DNA of 64,000 nt, taken from assembly GCA_965368975.1 (NCBI GenBank), contig CBDUPA010000002.1, positions 224,001 through 288,000 on the forward strand. Reading direction: 5' to 3'. Source of the DNA: an uncultured bacterium. Lineage in GTDB: Bacteria > Acidobacteriota > Thermoanaerobaculia > Multivoradales > JAHZIX01. Positions 38,996 to 48,803 of the stretch are shown here, piece by piece; the stretch's first letter is position 1, and every line of letters starts with the position of its first letter. The notes beneath the pieces are model-generated. The model was given only the letters and a program-made list of their open reading frames with translations, made no database searches and had not been told where the DNA came from. The position numbers and the translations under genes are program-made.

Positions 38996-40783
38996 ATGTC
39001 CGCCAAGTACATCTTCGTCACCGGTGGCGTCGTCTCATCCCTGGGTAAGGGCGTCACCGCGGCCACCGTCGGCGCCATCCTGGAAGCCCGCGGCTTCTCG
39101 GTCACGGTGATGAAGTTCGACCCCTACGTCAACGTCGATCCCGGCACCATGTCGCCCTACCAGCACGGTGAGGTCTTCGTCACCGAGGACGGCGCCGAGA
39201 CCGACCTCGACCTCGGCCACTACGAGCGCTTCACCAAGACGATCACCAGCAAGCTGCACAACTACACGACCGGCAAGATTTACCAGGCGGTGATCGACAA
39301 GGAGCGCAAGGGCGAGTACCTGGGCAAGACGGTGCAGGTGATCCCGCACATCACGGACGAGATCAAGGACGCGATGCGCCGGCTGGCGGACCTCTACGAC
39401 ATCGTGATCGTCGAAGTGGGCGGAACCGTCGGTGACATCGAGTCGCTGCCGTTCCTCGAAGCGCTGCGCCAGTTCCGCCAGGAACTCGGCCGCTTCAATG
39501 CCGCCGACATCCACGTCACGCTGGTGCCCTACATCAAGGCCGCCGACGAGCTGAAGACCAAGCCGACACAGCACTCGGTGCGCGAGCTACGCGCCATCGG
39601 CATCTCGCCGGATGTGCTGGTGTGCCGCTGTGACCGTCCCCTACCGGAAGAGATCAAGCGCAAGATCGCCCAATTCTGCAACGTCGAACCGCGCCAGGTG
39701 ATCGCCGCCCGTGATGTCGACACGATCTACGAATGCCCGCTCACCTTCAGTCGCGAGGGCATGGACGAGTTGTTGCTGGAGCAACTCAACCTGCCGCGCT
39801 ACGAGCGCGACCTATCCCCGTGGGAGAACCTAATCAGCCGTATCAAGCGCACCCAGCACAAGGTCCAGATCGGCATCGTCGGCAAGTACACGGACTTCCC
39901 GGACGCCTACAAGAGTCTCAATGAGGCGCTGCTGCACGGCGGCTGGGCCAACGACGCGGCGGTCGACATCCAGTACATCTCCTCTGGCGACCTGGAGTCC
40001 GACAAGTGGCCGCGCGAGATGTTCGACGTCGATGGCATCTTGGTGCCGATCGGCTTCGACGTGCGCGGTACCGAAGGCAAGGTACGCGCCGTGCGCTACG
40101 CGCGCGAGCACAAAGTACCGGTGTTCGGTATCTGCCTCGGCCTGCAAAGCATGGTGATCGAGTACGCGCGCAACGTCTGCAACCTGAGCGACGCGACGTC
40201 CGCCGAATTCGACCCCGAAGCCGAAACCGCGGTGATCTACAAGCTGCGAGACCTGCTAGGAATCGAGGAGATGGGCGGCACAATGCGCCTCGGCGCCTAC
40301 CCGTGCAAACTGCAGCCCGGCACTCTTGCGCACCAGATCTACGGTGAAGAAGTGATCAGCGAGCGCCACCGACACCGCTACGAGGTCAACCAGAAGTACC
40401 TGCGCACCCTGGTCGATCACGGCCTGGTGATCTCTGGACTCAGCCCGGACGGCAAGTTCGTCGAGATGATCGAGCTGCCGGACCACCCCTGGTACGTCGG
40501 ATGCCAGTTCCATCCCGAGTACAAGTCTCGGCCACTGGACCCGCACCCACTCTTCGTCTCGTTCATCAAGGCAGCGCTGGCACACCAAGAAAGGCGTAAC
40601 CAGGCGGACGAGCCACAGCGCGAGGCATGGAACCAGGCAGCCCGGCGCGTCGCCGAGCGGACCGTCGCGGACGCCGAAGCTGCCGCCAGCAATGGAACAA
40701 CCAGTAACGCAGCAGCGGCGAACGACACGGACACCGACATTGCCGCGGTCGGCGCAGGCGGGGTCGGAGCTCCCACCGAATGA
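38996..40783 (+). CDS. pyrG: CTP synthase
   Basis: KYIFVTGGVVSSLGKG, KTKPTQHSV, GICLG, ERHRHRYE, QFHPE. Confidence 0.97.
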   Translation: MSAKYIFVTGGVVSSLGKGVTAATVGAILEARGFSVTVMKFDPYVNVDPGTMSPYQHGEVFVTEDGAETDLDLGHYERFTKTITSKLHNYTTGKIYQAVIDKERKGEYLGKTVQVIPHITDEIKDAMRRLADLYDIVIVEVGGTVGDIESLPFLEALRQFRQELGRFNAADIHVTLVPYIKAADELKTKPTQHSVRELRAIGISPDVLVCRCDRPLPEEIKRKIAQFCNVEPRQVIAARDVDTIYECPLTFSREGMDELLLEQLNLPRYERDLSPWENLISRIKRTQHKVQIGIVGKYTDFPDAYKSLNEALLHGGWANDAAVDIQYISSGDLESDKWPREMFDVDGILVPIGFDVRGTEGKVRAVRYAREHKVPVFGICLGLQSMVIEYARNVCNLSDATSAEFDPEAETAVIYKLRDLLGIEEMGGTMRLGAYPCKLQPGTLAHQIYGEEVISERHRHRYEVNQKYLRTLVDHGLVISGLSPDGKFVEMIELPDHPWYVGCQFHPEYKSRPLDPHPLFVSFIKAALAHQERRNQADEPQREAWNQAARRVAERTVADAEAAASNGTTSNAAAANDTDTDIAAVGAGGVGAPTE

Positions 40784-41628
40784 GCACGCCCGCCCCACGG
40801 ACGTCGGCGCCGACGCCGATCGAACTGGCACCCGGAATCGTTCTGGGCGGACCCGAGCTGCCACTGATCTGCGGTCCGTGCGCCATCGAGAGCGAAGAAC
40901 GAACGCTAGAGACCGCACGCCTGCTCGACGACCTGCGCCGCCGCCTAGACCTGAAGCTGATCTTCAAAGCGTCCTTCGACAAGGCCAACCGTTCGTCGGG
41001 CGACAGCTTCCGTGGTGTCGGGCTCGACGAGGGCCTACGCATCCTGCAGCGTGTGCGCGACGAGACCGGCATGCCACTGCTCACAGACGTCCACGAACCG
41101 CACCAATGCACGCCGGTGGCCGAAGTCTGCGACATCTTGCAGATACCCGCCTTCCTGTGCCGGCAAACCGACCTGCTGCAGGCCGCCGCCGACACCGGCC
41201 GCGCGGTGAATGTGAAGAAGGGGCAGTTCCTGGCACCGGACGATGTACTCAAGGCGGTCGAGAAGGTGACCTCGCGCGGTAACAACCGGGTCTTCGTCAC
41301 CGAGCGCGGCTACAGCTTCGGCTACCACAACCTGGTGGTCGACATGCGCAGCTTTCCGATGCTGCACGCCGACGGCATTCTGACCATCTATGACATCACC
41401 CACTCACTGCAGTTACCCGGCGGCGGCACCGAGACGGGCGGCGCACGCCAATACGCTGAACCGCTGGCCCGTGCGGCGGTCGCGGCCGGCGCCGACGGTA
41501 TCTTCCTCGAAGTGCACCCCGACCCCGAGAACGCACTCTCCGACCGCACCACTCAGCTGCCCCCGGAGCGCGCCGAGGCCTTGATTCGCAGCCTCCTGCA
41601 CCTACGCCAGACGGTCGTCGAGGCCTGA
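40780..41628 (+). CDS. kdsA: KDO 8-phosphate synthase
   Basis: GPCAIES, FKASFDKANRSS, QIPAFLCRQTDL, KKGQF. Confidence 0.96.
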   Translation: MSTPAPRTSAPTPIELAPGIVLGGPELPLICGPCAIESEERTLETARLLDDLRRRLDLKLIFKASFDKANRSSGDSFRGVGLDEGLRILQRVRDETGMPLLTDVHEPHQCTPVAEVCDILQIPAFLCRQTDLLQAAADTGRAVNVKKGQFLAPDDVLKAVEKVTSRGNNRVFVTERGYSFGYHNLVVDMRSFPMLHADGILTIYDITHSLQLPGGGTETGGARQYAEPLARAAVAAGADGIFLEVHPDPENALSDRTTQLPPERAEALIRSLLHLRQTVVEA

Positions 41629-41692
41629 GTGGCCCGCGTGCAACGACCGCCTGAACCTGCGAACCGACACCTGCCATGAGCCCTTCCCCCAC

Positions 41693-42673
41693 ATGAGTAC
41701 CGCCCCCAGAGCTACCGACCTGCGCAAGGTCGCCCGCCAGGTCCTGGAGATCGAGGCACAGGCCATCCTCGGCCTGCTGCCGCATCTCGACGAGAGCTTC
41801 GACCGCGCCGTCGAGCTGATCCAGGGCTGCCGCGGCCGCGTCGTCTGCACTGGCATGGGCAAGAGCGGCATCGTGATGCAAAAGATCGCCGCCACCATGG
41901 CCTCGACCGGTACCCCGGCCATGTTCCTGCACCCGGCCGAGGCCATCCACGGCGACCTCGGCATGGTGACCCAGGACGACCTCGTGCTGGCCGCGTCTTA
42001 CTCCGGCACCACCGAAGAATTGCTGCGCCTGGTCGAGACACTCAAGCGTCTCGGCGTGCCCCTGCTGGCGTTGACCGGCAGCGCCCAGAGTCCCTTGGCA
42101 CGCCATGCCGATCTGCACCTGCCAGTCCCGATCGACCGTGAGGCCTGTCCCCTCAACCTCGCCCCGACGGCCTCCACCACCGCCACTCTGGCGCTCGGCG
42201 ATGCGCTGGCCATGGCGCTGCTCGAAGCCCGCGGCTTCACGCCCGAAGATTTCGCACGCCTGCATCCCGGCGGCCGCCTCGGCAAGCGCCTGCTGCGCGT
42301 CGACCAGCTGATGCACCGCGACAACGAGGTGCCGCGCGTCACGGCGGACACCTCGATGCGCGAGACGATCTACGAGATGTCACGCCAGGGCAAGGGCATC
42401 ACCGCCGTCACCGACGGCGACGGTCACCTGCTCGGCTGTATCTCCGATGGCGACCTGCGGCGCCTGCTGCAGGAGGGCAATGCATCCCTGGACAAGACCG
42501 CCGGCGAGTACGTCCACACCCGACCCCGCACCATCGACGGCGCCGAACTCGCCCCCGTCGCACTCAAAGAGATGGAAGATCACCGCATCACGAGCCTGTT
42601 TATCTGTGACGGGGACGGACGCCTGCAAGGCCTGCTGCACCTACACGACCTGTGGGGCCTGGAGATGTTTTGA
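41693..42673 (+). CDS. kdsD: Arabinose-5-phosphate isomerase (KpsF/GutQ, SIS + CBS)
   Basis: GMGKSG, HPAEAIHGDLG, LAPTAST, HPGGRLG, CBS pair. Confidence 0.95.
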   Translation: MSTAPRATDLRKVARQVLEIEAQAILGLLPHLDESFDRAVELIQGCRGRVVCTGMGKSGIVMQKIAATMASTGTPAMFLHPAEAIHGDLGMVTQDDLVLAASYSGTTEELLRLVETLKRLGVPLLALTGSAQSPLARHADLHLPVPIDREACPLNLAPTASTTATLALGDALAMALLEARGFTPEDFARLHPGGRLGKRLLRVDQLMHRDNEVPRVTADTSMRETIYEMSRQGKGITAVTDGDGHLLGCISDGDLRRLLQEGNASLDKTAGEYVHTRPRTIDGAELAPVALKEMEDHRITSLFICDGDGRLQGLLHLHDLWGLEMF

Positions 42674-43221
42674 TGACCCGATCCAAGCTCCAGGACAACC
42701 TGCGCCAGCGCGCCCAGCGTCTGAAGTGGATCCTGCTCGACGTCGACGGCGTGCTGACCCAGGGCACCCTGGTGTACAGCCCCGAGGGCGAGATGACCAA
42801 GCACTTCCACGTGCGCGACGGCTTGGCCCTCAAGTTGGCCCAGCGCTGCGGCCTGCGCGTCGGCTTGCTGTCCGGGCGTGAGAGTCCGGCCCTCAGCAAG
42901 CGGGCATCGGAACTGAAGCTGGACGAGGTCATGGTGGGACGCGACAACAAGGACCTCACCTTCACCACGTTCCTCAGCACCCACCACCTCACGGACCGCC
43001 AGGTCGCCTACATCGGCGACGACCTGCCCGATCTACCGGTCCTGCTCCGCGTCGGGCTATCCTTCGCCCCCGCCGACGCCGCACGGGAAGTACGCGAGCG
43101 TGTCCACCACGTGCTCGAGACACCCGGAGGTCATGGTGCCGCGCGCGAGATGATCGAACTCTTGCTGCGCGCCCGTGGCGAGTGGGACGACCTGATCGAC
43201 TCCTTCTTACCCTCGAGCTAG
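42673..43221 (+). CDS. kdsC: KDO 8-phosphate phosphatase (HAD)
   Basis: LDVDGVLT, FHVRDG, IGDDLPD, GGHGAARE; TGATG coupling to kdsD. Confidence 0.94.
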   Translation: MTRSKLQDNLRQRAQRLKWILLDVDGVLTQGTLVYSPEGEMTKHFHVRDGLALKLAQRCGLRVGLLSGRESPALSKRASELKLDEVMVGRDNKDLTFTTFLSTHHLTDRQVAYIGDDLPDLPVLLRVGLSFAPADAAREVRERVHHVLETPGGHGAAREMIELLLRARGEWDDLIDSFLPSS

Positions 43222-43234
43222 CGGAACAGACGGC

Positions 43235-44143
43235 TCAGGCCATCACCGTTTCCAAGCGCTCGTGCACGTGCTCGGCCAGCCGGACTCGGTCGCGCATCGC
43301 GACAGCGGACTCCGGATCCACGTCCTCGAGCTGGCGACACGCGGCGAGGGCCTCTTCGATCCAGCCCGCCCGAAGGTAGATCTCGGCCAGCAACACACGC
43401 GAGGGCTGGTGCCCCGGATAGCGCTGCAGGAAGGGATTCAGCACTTCCACCGCTGCCTGGTAGGCCCCGCGGTCGAGCTGGTGCAGCGCCTGCCAGTACG
43501 GCCTCGGCAGCCGCATCCGCGGCACCATGCGCAGGCCGAGCAGTACCAGGATCATGAGGAAGAAGAGCGCCACGCCCGGCGTACCGCCGAAACTGAGCAG
43601 CAAGACAATCTGCAGCACCAGCAAGAAGGTCGGGAAGCGGAACGGCCGATCCTTGTGCACCACGAAACCGACGTTCGACGGCCAGTGCCGCAACTTCGAC
43701 TTGGCCACTTCGATCGCTGCCTCCAGCCGCTGCAAGAACTCGTCCTCCGCCTTGCCGCTGTGGTAGAGGTCCCACATCAACATCCCCGGCTGCGACCGGA
43801 TGCGTACTGTCCGCTCCGGAACCAACCACAAGACCATCCCCACCACCACTACGGCAATGCCGAGCAGCAAGATCCGCGGCGCCAGGTTCTCGAAGCGCGG
43901 ATCGTCCGGGAAGGCCTTGCCGAGCAACGCGTTGGCGATGAAGAGGGCGAAGAACAGCATCGACGGGAACATCAGCCATTTCGGATTGCGTGCTCGCGCC
44001 TCGTCGACGCGTAGCCACTCCACCGGCAGGTGGAAGATGAAGTCGGCGTGCAGCGTCCGAATGCGCCGGATCAGGAGCGTGCCGCGCAGCGTCGTGCTGG
44101 TGCGGTCCCAAGTGCGCAGCGTCAGAGCGTCGTCGGACTTCAT
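43235..44143 (-). CDS. Hypothetical membrane protein with C-terminal TPR
   Basis: 4 TM segments; C-terminal GAYQAAVEVL...LLAEIYLRAGWIEEALAA. Confidence 0.6.
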   Translation of the reverse strand: MKSDDALTLRTWDRTSTTLRGTLLIRRIRTLHADFIFHLPVEWLRVDEARARNPKWLMFPSMLFFALFIANALLGKAFPDDPRFENLAPRILLLGIAVVVVGMVLWLVPERTVRIRSQPGMLMWDLYHSGKAEDEFLQRLEAAIEVAKSKLRHWPSNVGFVVHKDRPFRFPTFLLVLQIVLLLSFGGTPGVALFFLMILVLLGLRMVPRMRLPRPYWQALHQLDRGAYQAAVEVLNPFLQRYPGHQPSRVLLAEIYLRAGWIEEALAACRQLEDVDPESAVAMRDRVRLAEHVHERLETVMA

Positions 44144-44276
44144 CGTGTCAGCTTAGCGTTTGGGTGGGAGTTTAGCCAACTGCGGTAGACTACCTACACA
44201 AGTTTTCACTACAGAGGACTCTCCGCGGCGTCCTCTAGCCTCTAGGACAGCTAAGATTAGATCGGAGTCATGAAAC

Positions 44277-44648
44277 ATGAAGGCGAACCCGCGAGTCTGG
44301 AATACTGTGCTAATGCTTGGCTTGTTTCTAAGTATATTTCTTGCCGGATGCAGGAACACTGATCCAAACCGCCAAGGCAGAAGCGAGATAGATGCTACGA
44401 CCGAGCAGAGTACGACACTGGAAGTCCACCTAGACTTAGTTGGCAAGCGTTATGGTCAAGGATGGGCTGAGATTTACCTTGATGGAGATCTGATAGGAGA
44501 CGTTCGTAACGACGATGACTCAGAATTCCTGATATCGGCCGGCAAACACACTCTCAGGGTGGAAGCAGACGGATTTGAGCCGGAAGAGGTAGAGTTCAGA
44601 GGTCTACCGGGCAATCGGCAGAAAATACAGTTCAGTCTCCACAAGTAG
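44277..44648 (+). CDS. PEGA-domain lipoprotein
   Basis: Lipobox FLAG-C; AEIYLDG...GKHTLRVEADGFEP; visibly AT-richer than neighbours. Confidence 0.7.
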   Translation: MKANPRVWNTVLMLGLFLSIFLAGCRNTDPNRQGRSEIDATTEQSTTLEVHLDLVGKRYGQGWAEIYLDGDLIGDVRNDDDSEFLISAGKHTLRVEADGFEPEEVEFRGLPGNRQKIQFSLHK

Positions 44649-44664
44649 GTCGCCAAAGGGCTGT

Positions 44665-45099
44665 CTACCAGTTTTGATTTGGTAAATTTGCCATAAAATT
44701 CTGAAACGGCTCACGCTGCTTCCAGCGATACGCATGAAAGTCTCGCTCATCCGTCGACAGAATCCGCCCGTGCCCAAGGCGCTCCGCCAGAAGCACCAAG
44801 GACGCGTCGGCTAGGTCCATCGGCAGATCCGCGTACTTCCGCATCAACTCAGTGATGCGTAGGCCCATGTGCCGCTGCAGTTCGAAAATCTCGAAGCCAC
44901 CGGCGGAGTAGCTCGCCAGAAAGCGACTTTGACTTTCCGTTCCGAGCCGATTCAACAAGAGGTGACAGGTCTCAGTCACGACAGGCCAGGTCGTGATAAG
45001 CGGCTCGTCGATAGCGTCCATCCAAGCTACGGCGCGCTGATGATGACGATCGCGGGGGCTGGCCAAGGCAACCCAGAACCCTGTGTCAGCGATGATCAT
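44665..45099 (-). CDS. vapC: VapC/PIN-domain toxin
   Basis: MIIADTG, TWPVVTE, YADLPMDLADASLV, ILSTDERDF. Confidence 0.9.
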   Translation of the reverse strand: MIIADTGFWVALASPRDRHHQRAVAWMDAIDEPLITTWPVVTETCHLLLNRLGTESQSRFLASYSAGGFEIFELQRHMGLRITELMRKYADLPMDLADASLVLLAERLGHGRILSTDERDFHAYRWKQREPFQNFMANLPNQNW

Positions 45100-45343
45100 G
45101 CTTGGCTCGCAGAACCTCCTTCAACTCGTCTTTGTAGCGAGTCGAGAGTTCCGGGTCTGCATCGCCACCGGACCCCACGAAGCCGGAACCGCGAAGAATC
45201 TCTGCCGGCCGAGCGCAGCGATACTGGTCGAAGTAGACGTCCAAAGCGCGTTTGAGGATCTCACTGGTCCCCAGCTGAGTTGCTGAGCGCAGGAATTCCA
45301 GTTTCTGGGATCGATCTTCATCAAAACGGGCGCTGATTCTCAT
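45086..45343 (-). CDS. vapB: Cognate antitoxin (RHH/CopG-like)
   Basis: 85 aa, MRISARFDE...TSEILKRAL..Y, LSTRYK; overlaps the vapC start. Confidence 0.75.
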   Translation of the reverse strand: MRISARFDEDRSQKLEFLRSATQLGTSEILKRALDVYFDQYRCARPAEILRGSGFVGSGGDADPELSTRYKDELKEVLRAKHDHR

Positions 45344-45557
45344 GACGTCTCCTGCTGGGAACGGTGCCGGCAACTCCTGTCCGACAAGCGTCGGACATAG
45401 TATACCCCAGGCACCACAGCCCTTGCCCACCTCCACTCCCTGCCTTAGACTCCATGAGAGATCCAGGCAATCTCGCACCCACGCCACTCACTCCAAGGAC
45501 ACTCCGACTCGAATTCAACACCAGCTCCGGACAAAAGCCGGAGGGAAGGAACGCCGC

Positions 45558-46591
45558 ATGGAACCCGTACGCATCGGCTTGATGGGGTTCGGAAGAATCG
45601 GTCGCAACATCTTCCGCATCCTGTACAAGAGCGACGACTTACGCATACAAGCGATCAGCGACCTGGCCAGTGACGACGCGCTGGCTTATCTGCTGCGCTT
45701 CGACACTGTGCTCGGCCGCTTTCCGGACGAGCTCAGCGCCCGCGACGGCCAGCTGTACGTCTATGGCCGGCAGATCCCGCTGGTCAAGACCAAGCAGCCC
45801 GGAGAGATCCCCTGGGGAGACCTGGGGGTCGACGTGGTAGTGGAAGCGACGGCGCGCAATCGAACGCGCGCGGATCTCGAGAAGCACCTGGAGATGGGGG
45901 CCAAGCGGGTGATCCTGTGTAGCCCCCCGGCGGAGGAGCCGGACTTCACGGCGATCGCCGGTATCAACGATCACCGCCTCAAGGCTGAGCACAAGATCGT
46001 CTCGAACGCCTCGAGCACCGCGCACTGCATCGCACCGGTGCTCCAGCTGCTGGACGAGGCATTCGGCATCGAGCGCGCGTTTCTCAATTCGGTGCACGCC
46101 TACACCAACCAACAACGCCTCGCCGACGTGCCCGCGGAGGACATGCGACGCGGACGAGCCGCGGCGGAGAACATCATCCCGCAGGCGACCAACGCGGCGA
46201 GCCTCTTGATGAAGCTGTTCCCGCATCTGGCGAGCAAGATCAGCGGCATGGCGATGAACGTGCCGATCCCGGACGGCTCGGTGGTCGACCTGGTGTGCTG
46301 GCACAAGAAGCCTGTGACGACAGAGGCGATCAACGAGGTGGTGCGCACGGGGGCTTCGGCGCGCTGGCCAGGAATCCTCGGGTACGAGGATCAGCCGGTG
46401 GTGTCGAGCGACATCGTCCACACCTCCTACTCGGGCATCTTCGACTCGCTGGCCACGGAGGTCCTCGGCAACAAGATGTCCAAGACGCTGAGCTGGTATG
46501 ACAACGGTTGGGGCTACGCCCACCGAGCGGTGGAATTGATCCGGCACTTCTCCAAACTGGACCAGGCCGAACTGGACCAGGAGGCAGCGTG

Positions 46592-46592
<1 letters not shown>
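45558..46592 (+). CDS. GAPDH-like protein lacking the catalytic cysteine (pseudoenzyme candidate)
   Basis: GFGRIGR NAD fold intact, but SNASSTAHC replaces SNASCTTNC, IIPQATNAA replaces IIPTTTGAA, GMAMNVP replaces GMAMRVP. Confidence 0.85.
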
Positions 46593-47595
<1,003 letters not shown>

Positions 47596-47599
<4 letters not shown>

Positions 47600-47946
47600 G
47601 AGTCGTCGACCCGCGGTTCCCGATGCAGGCGCCGATGCACCCAACGCCGAAGTCGTAGCACCCTGCGCCACGACTTCGGCGAAAGGCTGAACAGGCGCCG
47701 CAGCAGCTTGTAGATCCCCTCGCTGACCAGAGACAGTACGGCGGTGGCGAGGAACAGCATCACCCAGCCTTGCAGCACGGGCAACGCCATGCCGGCGAGG
47801 CCGAGAAGCACCAGGAACCAGCCGAGCACCCACAGCACGAGGCGTTTCCAAGTTGGCAGCGGCGGCAGCGTATGGCGGCGCGCGCCACGACGGGTCGCGG
47901 TGGAGGATGCAGCATCCTCGGCTCCGGGCGCTTCGGGAGCAGGCAT
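47596..47946 (-). CDS. Small membrane protein (PGPGW/DUF454-like)
   Basis: GWFLVLLGLAGMALPVLQGW hairpin, Arg-rich C-terminus. Confidence 0.6.
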
Positions 47947-48087
47947 GGCACAAGCTTACTATGCCAAGTGTCCTCCTCTCAGCAGAGGTCTCGCTGCCGC
48001 ATGCTGGGCCACAGCGGAATCCGAGCCGGGATCGAGGTGGAGCAGTTGACATACCGGACCGAATAAGTCCACAATAAGCTCACCCTG

Positions 48088-48104
48088 TTGAGATCGAGTC
48101 TCAA
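48088..48104. promoter_or_regulatory. Fur-box-like inverted repeat upstream of fur
   Basis: T-TGAGATC-G-AGTCTCA-A, a 7-1-7 arrangement resembling TGAGAAT-n-ATTCTCA. Confidence 0.6.
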
Positions 48105-48184
48105 TATAGGTAGACTATCTGGGTTGCGACCAACCCGAGCCTTCGCAACGATACCGACATTCTCAAGACCAGCACCACCACGAG

Positions 48185-48736
48185 ATGAGCCACGGCACCG
48201 AGCGGGAACAGTTCTTGGCCTTTCTGCGCCAGCGAGGTATGCGAGTCACCTCCGAGCGGCTGGCCCTGCTCGAAGAGATCTACAACCACCACGACCACAT
48301 CGACGCCGAGGCCCTCTTGGCTGCAATGCAGAGCAAGGGTTTGAAGATCTCGCGCGCCACCGTGTACCGTAATCTCGACCTGCTCGTGGAATGCGGCTTG
48401 GTGCGCAAGCAGCGCCTGGGACGCAATCGTTTTCTCTACGAACACGTACACCCCGGCCAGCGTCACGACCACCTCGTCTGCCGCGAGTGCGGGCGCGTGG
48501 TCGAGTTCGTCAGTCCCGGTATCGCCGCCATGCAGGCGGAGATCTGCCGCGCTCACGGCTTCGTTCCTGGCGAGTTTGCCCTCCAGATCCAGGGTCTTTG
48601 CAACGCCTGCGCGGCGACACCGCGCGGTGAGCAACCGACCGCCGAAATGGTCAAGGCCGCGGACGAAGCTGCTCGCCCTGCACCGCGCTCACCAGCCATG
48701 GAGTGGCTGGAGAAGCGCTTGGGGCAAGGAGCTTGA
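48185..48736 (+). CDS. fur: Fur family transcriptional regulator
   Basis: RVTSER, HHDH, SRATVYRNL, HDHLVCRECG, LCNAC. Confidence 0.92.
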   Translation: MSHGTEREQFLAFLRQRGMRVTSERLALLEEIYNHHDHIDAEALLAAMQSKGLKISRATVYRNLDLLVECGLVRKQRLGRNRFLYEHVHPGQRHDHLVCRECGRVVEFVSPGIAAMQAEICRAHGFVPGEFALQIQGLCNACAATPRGEQPTAEMVKAADEAARPAPRSPAMEWLEKRLGQGA

Positions 48737-48763
48737 GTTTCGACTCGGTCGACCGCCGAGCTT

Positions 48764-48778
48764 CGAGAACCGTTCTCA
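48764..48778. promoter_or_regulatory. Fur-box-like inverted repeat upstream of the TonB-dependent receptor
   Basis: CGAGAAC-C-GTTCTCA 7-1-7 palindrome ending 25 nt before the ATG. Confidence 0.65.
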
Positions 48779-48803
48779 CTTACGATCCTCCAGAGGAAGA
48801 CCA

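Noticed and set aside
45342-45557. 72-aa N-terminal extension on the GAPDH-like protein
   Set aside because: It spans the divergent promoter region shared with vapB, and the ATG at 45558 has an RBS and matches GAPDH N-termini.
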